Assembly (NCBI GenBank): GCA_976551045.1
Contig: CDPCPM010000026.1
Coordinates: 21,638,001 to 21,702,000, forward strand
Length of the DNA stretch: 64,000 nucleotides
Direction of reading: 5' to 3'
From: Glaucostegus cemiculus
Lineage: Eukaryota
The position numbers and the translations under genes were made by a program. Shown here piece by piece: positions 13,844-25,457 of this stretch. The notes under the pieces were generated by a model. That model had not been told where the DNA came from, searched no databases, and saw only the letters and a list, made by a program, of their open reading frames with translations. Within the stretch, counting starts at the first letter, position 1. Every line of letters starts with the position of its first letter.

Positions 13844-14369
13844 GAAAATATTTAAGCACTGTACAGCAGTTCCTCTTAAAGTAACCCATCAATGGCTGGT
13901 AAACTTTCTACAACTGATTTCCAACCCAAGATTAGACTACAATAGTTTGTGCTTTGTGCCATATATTAGGACTATATATTACATTGTGATTGTGGCTCCG
14001 TGGTTGTAGCATTACAGCGCCAGACATTCAATTAGAGACCTTGACTTTGAATCCTAGCTTCTATGTATTTAACTGGTCCTCAGCCAATCTCTTTGATGGT
14101 ACATAGTACTACCCTTTAGTACATAGTGCTCCATCCTGGGAGAAATTATAGAAATAATTTGTCAGGGTAATGTTTCAGCCTGAATTGCTTTATCTCCAAA
14201 TATCCAAGGTACAGAGAGCTGCCACCTGCTTATGCTCTTCTTACTCTGATGCACTCCACATGGATCTATTGAGCAGTGAACAACTTAAGAGGCAAAAGGT
14301 GCTGAACCAGAAACCTAGAATCCATGTCAAATAGTGCTGGAAATTGTTCACACAGACCAAATAATTAGT

Positions 14370-14730
14370 CTTGGCTCAGTAACAGTCTCTTCTCCTCTGA
14401 TGGCATCAAGCTCAACTCATGAGACACAAACACCATGCTGAGACCAACAAGCATGTGCTGCAATATTAACGGTGACTAATTCTCTTCAGGTACGATGCCA
14501 ACCCAAGAGTCTTTTCTCTCAGGTGGATATAAGGGAATATCTTTGAGGGATAGCAATGTTGTCTAGTGTCCAAATTGACATTTATTCCTCAGTAAAAAGA
14601 AACAGACTATCAGTTCTTTATTTCATAGCAGTTTGTGGAACCATGATGTTCTCACCTAGGTTGCTGCATATTTGTGCATTAGAACAGTGAGTTAATGTTG
14701 GAATTATTTCATTAATGGTGAAGATTTTAT
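14370..14730 (+). mobile_element. DeuSINE-like (SacSINE1/AmnSINE1 type) decayed copy
   Basis: CTCTCAGGTGGATATAA, ATTTATTCCTCA, AAACAGACTATC and GTTTGTGG resemble the recalled Deu-domain consensus; related to 56370-56760. Confidence 0.6.
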
Positions 14731-15398
14731 ATTATTAGGTTTCTTAAATATTTATTGTAGGGATATTTCAGTGGTTAACAGTCAACACTGGCAAGAGCAA
14801 ATCTCCAAGTTACTTGCATGATCCAAGGCTGCATTCTGCACGAAATTATCTTGAAATTGTACCCAGTGTAACATGGAGAATAATAAATACTTAAATATCT
14901 TTACTGTTATCTTAGTATTTAGTAGTATATGTGTGAATACGCATATGTGTGAATTCTTGTTTTGGATTACAGTTTTTAAAAATCTGTATATTGTCTCTCT
15001 CTACACCCATTGCAAAATTTTGATAAAATGTATAGTTTGAGTGATAGTTACATCAGTAATTTCTCAAAGGTTACTAAGATCTACTTTAAACAGAAATTCA
15101 GGTAATGCTTGTAAGGCTACACGTATTGACCATTTTGCCTTGCCTTGGTGGTAATGGTAATTTTCTTTATAACTACATGGCATGCTTGGCCAATACAAAG
15201 GGAATCATGAGTCAACCATATAATATGTAATTTGAGTCACTTCAGGTGAGATGCAGTTGAAATGGCAGATTCACATCCTGAAATTTCATTTTAAACAACC
15301 TAAAATGCAATGGTTGGCTCTCCCAAAATCCTCAACAAAGCTGATGGATTTTCAATCTGTTTGCTCATTTCTTACCTCCAAAAACATTTCTAGACTCT

Positions 15399-15401
<3 letters not shown>

Positions 15402-15482
<81 letters not shown>

Positions 15483-15503
15483 ACGCGCATGCGCGCGCAT
15501 GTG
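15402..15503. repeat. (TG)39 microsatellite extended by an alternating CG/CA tract
   Basis: Read directly; 102 nt of uninterrupted purine-pyrimidine alternation. Confidence 0.98.
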
Positions 15504-15559
15504 AACGCACGCACGTGTTGGGATGGGGAGGGTAGAAAAGATTGCTCCATTTTTAAAAA

Positions 15560-16325
15560 TAACATTTCTTGTGTCAGAACTAGCCAGTTCTGGTAAAAGG
15601 TCATCAGCCTTTTATGCTGACTCACTGTACTCTCCATCTCACAATTCAAACATTGCTTTTTTTGTACACCCTCCTCATTCATCTTCTCTACTTACACCCC
15701 TTCCAGCTCAGCTGCAATTAACAAGCCTTCCATAGCCTCTCTCACCTGATACCAACATCATGTGTCATTCAGTTTCCCTTGATGTACGCCCTATCACGGA
15801 CATTCCATTTACTCCATCCTCCCCTTCAATTTCTCCACAACTTAAAAGATGCTTGTTTTCTTACTTATTACAACATGGGAGACCATGCAACCCATCAGGT
15901 CTGTGCCAGCTCACAGTGAAGCAATCCGATCAGTTTCATTCCTCCTCTTCTTATTTCCTTATAACTCTGCAAATTATTCTCCTTCCATGCCCATCAACTA
16001 CCTGTTAATTCTTTTCCCACTTAATTACACTAACAGGTAATTTGTAGAAACTAATTAAGCTACAGCATGCCTCTGGGATGTAGGAGGAAACTGGAACACT
16101 CAGTGGAAACGAATACAATCACAGGGAAAATGTACAAACTCCAAATACGTTGCATCTGAAGGAAAGGTGCTTATCTTCTATGTCACTATGTCATTGTGCC
16201 ACAGGATTCTAAAGTTTCCTTGTTCTGATGAAAGGTCATCAACTTTAAATATTAACTCTGCTTCTCTCTCCACAGTTGCTGTCTGACTGCTGAGTAGTTC
16301 CAGCATTTTAGTTTTTATTTATGCA
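15560..16325 (+). mobile_element. Penelope-like terminal-repeat remnant interrupted by a V-SINE
   Basis: CTGATGAAAGGTCATC..TTAACTCTG..CCACAG..CTGCTGAGTAGTTCCAGCATTTT tail at 16225-16320, preceded by a pyrimidine-rich segment like that at 42600-42770. Confidence 0.6.
15868..16202 (-). mobile_element. Old HE1-like V-SINE
   Basis: GGATGTAGGAGGAAACTGGAACACTCAGTGGAAAC..CACAGGGAAAATGTACAAACTCC is the reverse V-domain. Confidence 0.75.
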
Positions 16326-16889
16326 TTGGAGATTCCTGCTTCTCATTAATGACAAACACATTTACACAAGATACTATGCTAAAGATATTTCAGTAAATTT
16401 TCAATCCTGCAATTTTAAAATTTTAAGACTCTCCCACAGTTCAGAACAAGCCAAGTGTATATCCAATCTCTGATATCCAGGATCTGCTTGAAAAATTAGT
16501 TTTTTTGGAGAAACATGGGCTCTTGTTCAATGCAGTTCCACTTTTTAAAAAATTAATGAAACAAAGGGATGCAGTGGGTTTGGAGATGATATTCAAAATA
16601 ATAATGATAATTTCAGTGAATATATGGGGAGAACAAATCCTATTAGATGAACATTTTTCTTCTCTCATATTAGCTCACGGGCAAATACAAATACGTTGCA
16701 ATGTTCTCAGAAGATATTTTTCAAAATTCCTTAAAAGAACACCGACATAACAAGGAGGGTGATGCACATTAAGTGAAATCATACATTCACAGAAGGTAAG
16801 GTATGCTGTACTGAAACTTGCTGTAAGATCTTTTTGCATATCCATGGGGGTAAAATTATGAAAAGGTAAATGAAAGATACTGAGAATGG

Positions 16890-17027
16890 AACTGAGCATA
16901 TGGAGGAATTTAAAATAGAGGGATATGTGGGAGGAAGAGGTTAGATAATCTTAGGCGAGATTTAAAGGTCAGCACAACATTGTGGGCCGAATGGCCTGTA
17001 TTGTGCTGTACTGTTCTATGTTCTATG
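16890..17027 (+). mobile_element. CR1/HER1 3' tail fragment
   Basis: GTGGGCCGAATGGCCTGTATTGTGCTGTACTGTTCTATGTTCTATG. Confidence 0.85.
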
Positions 17028-18294
17028 AGTGTTTTATTCAATGACAGGCCAACTCTAACCATTCTCCATTCTTCACAAATATTGTGGAATACTGAAGTGT
17101 AGGGATATACTTTCTCACTATTTTTTAAACACATATAAAAATTTTCTTGATCTTTTTTCAGTCAAACTTATGATATTCAAATGAAACAGCGATTATAGAA
17201 CTTGCAACAGCACTAGATTGCCATAGACTGAGTCCCGCTCACTGGTGAATGTACTTTCACCCAAATAAAGCTGTTGAATGGCATCAATTACAGTCTTGTG
17301 CCATAAATTATTCAAACTCAAATTACATGGCATTGTAAAACTGGATTAGATCCTGTAGACCAGGTTTATTTCTGACTGTTAGGGCTGGGATTGTTTGCTC
17401 AAGGCTACTATCTAAACAGGTCAAAATGACGCAAAGATCTTTAATAGAATGGCTTCTAATTATTATAATGCACCAATAATCTTCCATTACCAACTCATTC
17501 CATAGTTGCTATGCAGATGATACTTGTAAATATGAATTACTAATTTCCCCCCTCATTTTACTGTTTACTGGGGAACTCTCTTAACAAACTTAACGAGTGA
17601 ACCATGAAGGTTGCTTTTTAAATAATAAACGAAATGTAGTGCCACCCAGTCTCATAACAAAATCAAATTTCGCATTAAAATTAATGGGCAACTTGTTGAT
17701 AAAGGAAAGTCAACTAAATACACTGGAAACATTCCAGGTGAAAATTTCAGTCAAATTACAAAAATTGGTTTCAGCATTCTTTTTAATGCAACAGCTTTAG
17801 ATGTCATCTTTAAAACATGGTAAACTTTTTTTTAAACCTTTGGTATTGTTCATCTTATGTACTGTCAGTCCACCTGGCGACATGTACACCAGGCCAATTT
17901 GGATTTAACTGTTAAACTGTATAATAGAGGTCACTGTATCCCTTTATAATGCAGACCTCGATTTACATCACTGCTATTTATTCAAAGACCATAAAATCTC
18001 ATCTTTTTATGAGAAGTGTAATATTTCATTTCATTCTGAATTTATATTTATCAAAGTGCCAAGCATGGACATGCTCCAGAACAGTTACCACAAGAAACTC
18101 TGGGAATTTGCTGAATTCAAGGACAAAGCCTATCATACTGAATTATCATTTCTCAGTGGAACCAACACATCTAAATGTTTATACTCTCTATAATTTGTAA
18201 ACATGAGCACTAGCTTGAAAAGCATTTCCTGAGCTACTGAAACAAGTATATTTAAGTGGAAAAAACTTGAAATAATGAAGTTATTATATGTTAC

Positions 18295-20944
18295 CTAGTG
18301 CAGGTGCAAGTGCTGATACTGCATTTGTTGGGTCCAGTTGGAATCCACCCAGCATAAACTGTGTGTCAGTTGCATTTTCAAGCTTCAGGCCTGGGAGGTT
18401 CATGTTCTGGGCCAGGTAGTACTGGTAAAGCTCAGCCTCTGCAGGTGCCAGGTTGCTGAGGCCTAAGTGTCTGTTGTGCTGAATCTGGTTCATGTTCTGC
18501 TGGAGCAGCATCATGTTGTGCATGTGCTTCTCGCTGGTCATGTGAATGCGCAGGTTCCTGGCTACATTTGTTTCGTAGTCACACACCTCGCACCGCCAAG
18601 TGGGTTTGGTTTTTGGTTTGGTGGGCGAGGAGGCCCCGCACGAGCTCATACTGGCAGCGGCAGCGGCTGCAGCCGCCACAGCTGCTCCAGCAGTGTGGCT
18701 AAAAACTTGGTCGCCTCCGCCGTTCTGTAGGTTCTGCATGTTATTGAGATGCTTGTCAGACTGCATATGAATACTGAGATTGCCTTTGGTTGTAGTGGAG
18801 TAGTTACATACCTCACATCGGAAAGGCTTGTAACCACATGTATAACTCTCGCCCCGGGCCAACCGAGGGTGAGGTTGCCCAGATTTGCAATACGCACATG
18901 AGCCACCGGATTCTGGGTGCTTTTCCTTCATGTGGGCCTCCAGCGTCTGCTGGTACTTGTAGTGCCAGTTGCACTTTGGACACTTCAAGGTCTTGCACGA
19001 GTTCCGAGAATGCATCATGGTCATGTGCCCACCAAGGGACCGAGAGGAGCCCAGGATCGTGTCGCACTTCGGACACTCAACGGTGCTTCCGGATGAGCAT
19101 TCCCCACCCCCCAGGTCGCAGGGAGTGCTGGTATGCTGGTGATGGGAGGCATAGTTTCCTTCCTCGCCATCGACAGGTTCATTTGGTTCAGGAGCTGTGG
19201 CACTGTCTTTATTGGCACTTTCATCTACAAAGTCCGTCCTATTACTCTCAGTATTACCGACACAGCTGTCGCCGCTTGCACTGTCGTTTGACAAGCTCAC
19301 TGCATTCCTCCCATTTGCACCATCGAAAACAACAAAGGAAGAAGTAGAAGAAGAAGAGGTGCCCCTCGGAGAAGGGTTCAGCACATTAGGCATTAAAGGA
19401 GATTTAGAAATGCTTTGGTTTGAGAGAGTGAGTTCCTTGTTGCTACATGCATCACCCTCAGGGTCTTCCTGGGGCTCATCATCGTCCTCATCTGACTCGT
19501 TTGGAAACAATTCTTTGCACTCCTCATCTTCCTCTGCTTGTTCAGCAGAGTCCGCCTTTTCCATGAGGCTACTGTCAGCGCTAAACTCTCCACTGGCTTT
19601 TTTCTTCTCAATCTCCACCCCCAAATCCTTGCTCTCTGACGTTTTGGTAGGCCCGGAAGCAAGGTGGCCCAGAGGGACTGAGGTAATTGGGGTCTTTAGG
19701 GCTGAGCTCGTCAACCCTCCAAGATTCAACAGAGCACTTTGTGCCAGCGGGATTGAATGAGGCTGCTCAGCTGCAGTCGTGTTACCTTCAGAGTCTTTTA
19801 ATAAAGCCAAACCAGCCTGGACAGCCTCATCACCATCAACATGGATTCCACTGAAAGTACCGTAGAAGTTCTGACCAGGGCCAATGAGGTTAGCTGTGGA
19901 AACTAAAGGGTGTTGAAAGTTTTTGTTTTTTGGTTCCAGAAAGCTTATAAGAGGTTCCTTGTCTTTGCCTATCCCTTGGATGATAGCAGACACGTTCTTA
20001 TTACTTAAGAGCTTGTGCTCCTCTTCACTAAGGGTCATTCGGTGGTCATGCACAGCATGCGTTACAAATGACCTCACATATCCAAAAGACAACTTGCACA
20101 AAAAACACATTAAAATTGGCTTTCGTTTGCCATAGAGCACGAAACTGTCAAACTTAGACAAGTCCACATTGTTAGGGACATCTTTGGATACACAAGAGTT
20201 TTTGGCAGAGCCATCACTGTTCAGGTAATCCTTGTTGCTTTTGTGTCGCACATCAAAAACACGGAAAGTGTGCAAGACAGGACTGATGCCTGTCAGTGCT
20301 GAGGTATTTGGGAATGCCTGGTCAGAACCAAACCACTTCCCAAAAGATGAGGCTATGTGAAAAGTGTTGATGATCTGTGGATAGACAGAGACGGATGCTG
20401 CGGAGGTGGACTCCCCTTGCTTATTCCCAGCATTGGACATTGAGTTCATGAACAATGCTGGGAGAACACTACTGCCACTGGGCCCTCCAGATTGGATACT
20501 TTGCATTAACTGGTTCACATTCTCTACGATGTAGGCAGAGCCATCTGGCTGATAGACAATCTCCCCAACCAGGTTCTCCACGTCACTCTCCTCCGCCTCG
20601 CTCATTTCACTGTCACTTTCCTCCTGGAGGAGCTGAGGGTGTGAGTTCGGGCAATGGTGTTCCATGTACTTTTGTAAACTTGAGAATGAGGATGAACACT
20701 CGTTGCAGCTGACCTCCTTTGTAGACAACGTGCTGTGTGCAACAACAGCCGCCGCAGCAGTCTCTGAGCTGCACTCGTCGAAGGGTGACCTTAGGTTCTC
20801 ACACGGGATGCAGTTCTCTTGTGCAGACTCCATTGAACCAACTTTATCAGAGACCTGGGGGTTGGATTCAGTCCATTCCTGATGCTGGGAGGTGCTACAC
20901 CCATCCTCTTGCCCAGTGATGGTAGGGGAGTCACAAGTTTCCAT
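18295..20944 (-). CDS. ZFHX3: ZFHX3 (ATBF1) first coding exon, aa 1-883 plus 1 nt; several C2H2-type zinc fingers and a poly-Ala tract
   Basis: 886-aa ORF with segments I recognise as ZFHX3 ([23 protein letters not shown]; [18 protein letters not shown]; [34 protein letters not shown]; [22 protein letters not shown]; [28 protein letters not shown]). Donor CTAG|GTAACA at 18295/18294; the ORF's terminal GNI* is intronic read-through. Confidence 0.97.
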
Positions 20945-20990
20945 AGTGATGACTACATGAGCGTTTCATTGCATCCAGTCTGGCAGGGGC
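20945..20990 (-). other. ZFHX3: 5' UTR portion (46 nt) of the first coding exon of ZFHX3
   Basis: Minus strand reads CTTACTTACTGTTTTGTTTCAATTTTTAG|GCCCCTG: branch-point-like motif, pyrimidine tract and AG acceptor at 20992-20991. Confidence 0.8.
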
Positions 20991-21609
20991 CTAAAAATTG
21001 AAACAAAACAGTAAGTAAGTGCTTTGCATAAAGAAATAAACTCTTACATCTGACATTTCACTACTAAATACTTTATAACAAATTGGCCCTTAGAGTAGTA
21101 TATTCCTTCTATATTTTTCCCAGAAAGAAAGCTGAGTGTCTACAAAATTAACACTCCATAAAATCTGAAAGTGTGAATCACTGTTGGCAATTCACATAGA
21201 CAAAGGCTCAACTATTCAGTATGAAATTTCTCTGCCCACTTTTTTAGCAGGGGTGTTAACTCCTTTCGAATAAATCACTCAGTACTCGAGTTAGAAGACT
21301 AGTCAGCAAAATGTCATACGATTGTGTCAAATCCTCACCCACTAATGTTGCCTGTGATTTCCAAGCAAATAGGACTAGAATTATTACTAAACTGTTTCAT
21401 CATAGTACATCCAAAAATCAATAGAAACTCAACATACAGAACAAGTAGTACAGCATAAATGCCAAACTCTGAGAAGCATTTATTATGGCACCAGTCTGAG
21501 GTTTGAGAGGAGGAGGTGGGAAGGAAGAGACCCTGTGTGTTGCAGTCTGGCATGTGAATTTTTGTGTTTGTACATGCCATGTGTTAAATTGTTTTTATTC
21601 TGTGGATAG

Positions 21610-21950
21610 TACGGTAGCATAATGTTAAGCTACAGTTGGACTAATATTCAAAAGCCTGGGCTATTGATCTACTGACATGAATTTAAAACCCACTATGGCA
21701 TCTGGGGAATTTAAATTCCAGCAAACAAATAAAATCTGGAATAATCTGTTAGTATGAAAATAATGGAATGTCTTAAAAACCCATTTGACTCATTAATATC
21801 CTTCAGGGAAGTAAATCTGCCATCCTTACTTGGTCTGGCTTATATCTGACTTCAGATCCATCAATGTGTTGACTCTGAGCTGCCTCTTCACTTTCGGAAC
21901 AATGAGAGGTGGACAGTAAGTGTTGACATTGCCAGCAATGTCCATATCTT
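21610..21950 (+). mobile_element. tRNA-derived SINE with CR1-like tail (family not named)
   Basis: GGTAGCATAATG head, AAAAACCCAT..CCTTCAGGGAAG..TCTGCCATCCTTACTTGGTCTGG body; homologous copies at 27005-27365(-), 59630-59910(+) and 1640-1890(-). Confidence 0.7.
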
Positions 21951-22989
21951 GTTTGTGATCAGTTGTTATTTCATTATCTTTGAATGTATAAAAGTTTTTG
22001 GAATTTTTTTTGTAACGATTGAAAAGCAGAGAGGTTAAAAGGATGGTAACGTGTTCCAGAAGTAAAAAACTGATACTAAACCAACAACATAGAGCATCTA
22101 TTGATCCAACTCTCAGCAGAGAATAGTGATTTTTGCTTCAATATCATAGGGGAGAAAGGTTTAAAAATTCCAAATTTTCAACTTTACATGGTTTTCCTGG
22201 TAATTCCAGAGATTGCACAGCAACAGAATGCTTTTGTGCAACATGGATATAAATGATGAAACTGAGCTTTAGTGTCATTGAAAATGCTACGACCATTACT
22301 GATCAGCAATGGGCTGGGACTGCTGGACTCTTCTTCACCAACTGACAGTGTGATGAACTAGTGAAGCAAACATTTACTTAACCCAAGTTCAATCAATATA
22401 CTTTATTCATAACATTTCCACTCTGGAAACCAATCCAGCAGGCAACTGGCTGAAGGCTAGATACGTCTGTGGCATTCTGTGCACATCACTCACCAAAATG
22501 AGATTATTTTAAAAAAACAACAAAAAGCAAGTATCACTAATGCAATTACCAATGTTTTTTACAGTCTAAAGTGGATTGTCTGTAGTTCTACCTTGCAACA
22601 GGACTGGAACAATAATACTGTTTGCCCACAGTGCTTTACTTTGACTGACATCTGCTCAGTTACAAGTGCCTAAAATGTCACTAATTATAAATGAGATTTA
22701 TAGTGCGTGCATTCAATGCCATGTATGACATTGCAGCTTTCGATAGAAGGTGAATATTCTACAACAATCATTTAAATGAAGCAGTAGAAGATTTCAAAGG
22801 CATCAGCAATTTCTTTACTGTTGGAGTTGAATAATATTAACTCCTCTTGGCTGTAATAGATGAACAAACTTGCAACAACATAGCATTTCTTATACATTCT
22901 GAATGTCTTAAAGTAGTTTACAGCTAACGGATTGTGTTTGATGTGAAGTTTAATTTGGTAGACAGGCTCTACAGCCAATGGGAAAAAGC

Positions 22990-23170
22990 AGGAAATATTC
23001 TATTTTGGCTGGTGTTATTTTGTCAAGGACATCTGAAGGACTCTCTTCTTCAAAAGAGCCACGGGATCTTTCACGTTCTTCCAACCAGGCAGATCTTACC
23101 TTAAAGAATTTTCAAAAGGTGGCATCTTTGACAACATGCACCAGCCCTGAACTGGAGGTGGCATCAATGA
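22990..23170 (-). mobile_element. DeuSINE-like fragment
   Basis: GAGCCACGGGATCTTTCACG..AAAGGTGGCATCTTTGACA resembles the reverse Deu domain. Confidence 0.5.
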
Positions 23171-23194
23171 ATCACGGAACTCAGAATAGTAATG

Positions 23195-24175
23195 TATAGA
23201 AGGAGGCCACTAAGCCCAGGGATTCTGTGCTGGCGCTCCTTAACAGCAATTCCTTTAGTCCTAATCCCTTCCCTTTCCTGTATGTTTTGCCCTCATGTAC
23301 TTATCCATATTAGTAACAGAACTGTATCCACCCACCCCATGGGCATTGCTAAGACCCTGGAACGTGAAAACGATTTTCTGCCTGTTGTCAATCACCTTAT
23401 ACTTTTTGCCTGTTTTTTGAATCCTTAGCTTTCAGAAACCAATTCACTTTGATTTCTCTATTTAGACATTTCTACCAAATCTCCTCTGAATCTCCTCTTC
23501 TATCAGAAGGACAATCCCAAGTTCTCCAGATTGTCGACCTATATATCTATTATCTTTCATCCATGGAACCATTCCAGTAAATCACTCATGTACCTTCTTC
23601 AAAGTCTTCTGTCCTTCCTGGTGAAGAGCTAAGAATTTGAAACAATATTCAAACTCCAATCCAACCAGTGATTTTCTATAGGTTTACCAGGAATAGCTCA
23701 CTACCTTTATTTAAGAAGTCAAGGATTTCAAATCCTTTATCAATCAATCAAGCTACCTTCACAGGTGTGTGCACAAACACAACCCGAGCTCTATTCTTGT
23801 ACCTGTTGAGACATTTAGTGCTTATTACCTCTTCTGATTCTTCCCACCAAAATATATCATCTTATACTATTCTGAGCTGAATTTCATCTGCCAGGTACTT
23901 CATTGTTCTACATGGCAGTTTGTACCCCTTTGAAATTTCCTTCACTACACTTGCTCATCTTGTGCTCTCTGTAAATTTCAAAAACCAAGTTACTAATGTA
24001 CATCAAGACCATAGCACTCCTAGGATTGAACCCTCCAGAATGCCAATCCAACTGGAAAAATAGCCATTCAATACAACACTGTTTTCCATTGATTGAGGGG
24101 TTTGTGTTTACGGTCCTACCACCTCTCTTATAGCATGAACTTCGGTTTTGTCAACAAAAGCATTTAAATGTCTTT
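23195..24175 (-). mobile_element. Old degraded CR1 LINE (3' ~1 kb)
   Basis: Tail AGGAGGCCACTAAGCCC, and GCTGAATTTCATCTGCCA (reverse of WQMKF). Confidence 0.65.
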
Positions 24176-24389
24176 AAATATTTATTAAAGAAGGATTTTG
24201 AACAGCTGCAGGATGAACACAAAGCAGGAAATATGTGTCAATATCAGTAACATTTTGTTGGTTCAAATGTTACTGAGATTTACCATTCTGGAGCCAGTAT
24301 TTTAAGAACTCAAAACATTATTTTCATTTATTAAATCCATTTAGACCAATGAAAGGTCCCAGAAACAATGTGTATTCAATAAATAGTGT

Positions 24390-25457
24390 TTAGAGGAAGA
24401 GAAAATGCCAGAGTAGGGTTTGTATGTAGGAAATCTTGTCTCATGAATTTGATTGTTTTTTTGAAGAGATGACCAAAAAGGCTGTTTTTCATATTGGAAG
24501 CCTGTGATCAGTGGTGTGCTGCAGTGATCGCTGGTGGGTCCACTGTTGCTTGTCATCTATATTAACAATTTAGATGAGAATGTAGTTGGCATGGTTAGTA
24601 ATTTTGCAGATGACACCAAAATTGGTGGTATGGTGGAGAGTAAAGAAAGTTATTTAAGATTACTACAGGATCTAGATCAGCTAGTAAAGTGGTACAAGGA
24701 ACTGCAGATGGAATTTAACTCAGATAAGCGTGAAGTATTGTACTTTGGTAAATTAAACTAGGGCAGGACATACACAGTAAATGCCAGGACCCTGGAGGGT
24801 GTTGTGGAACAGAGAAACCTAGGGGTACAAGTACGTAGTTCCCTAAAAGTGGCAATACAGGTAGACAGGGTGGTGAAGGTGGCGTTTGGCACACTTGCTT
24901 TCATTGGTCAGGGCACTGAGTGCAAGAGCTGGGACATCATGTTATTGGTGAGACCACACTCAAAGTACTGTGTACAGTTCTGGTTGCCAAGCTTTAAGGT
25001 GGAAAGCATGCAGAAAAAATTCACAAGGATGTTACCAGGTTTGGAGGGCTTGAGTTATAAGGAGAGACTGGATAGGCTGGGGCTTCTTCACCAGGAGTGT
25101 AGGAGGCTGAAGGGTGACCTTACAGAGATATATAACACCATGACAGTCGTAGATAAAGTGAACAGGCTCAGTCTTTTTCCCAGAGAAGGGGAGCTTAAAA
25201 CTAGCGGGTATAGATCTTAGCTGAATGGGGAAAAATTCAAAGGGGCATAAAAACAATCTTCTGGAGGATCAGAGTGTGGTGAGCATGTGGAATGAGCTGC
25301 CAGAGAAAGTAGTAGAGATGGGTACAATTACTTAAAAGACATTTAGATAGCTTCATAGATATGAAAGGTTTAAAAAGACTAAATGCAGACAAATGGGATT
25401 AGCTCAGGGCCAAAGGGCCTGTTTCCGTGTTGTATAACTTTATGACTCTATGACTCC
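24390..25457 (+). mobile_element. CR1/HER1 LINE RT to 3' end, internally deleted and degenerate
   Basis: ORFs GPLLLVIYINNLDE..FADDTKIGG, VRPHSKYCVQFW and RLKGDL; tail GGGCCAAAGGGCCTGTT..(ATGACTCT)n. Confidence 0.92.

Noticed and set aside
14855-14980. Weak palindrome with a duplicated ATATGTGTGAAT
   Set aside because: AT-rich and short-armed; not distinguishable from chance by eye.
15251-15682. CVCV/THTH ORFs
   Set aside because: Translation of the microsatellite.
17862-17884. Possible second CTCF site (GTCGCCAGGTGGAC on minus)
   Set aside because: Mismatches at key core positions.
18467-20919. Plus-strand and alternate-frame ORFs over the big exon (e.g. 187 aa at 19197-19760)
   Set aside because: Shadow ORFs of the ZFHX3 coding sequence with no independent protein signature.
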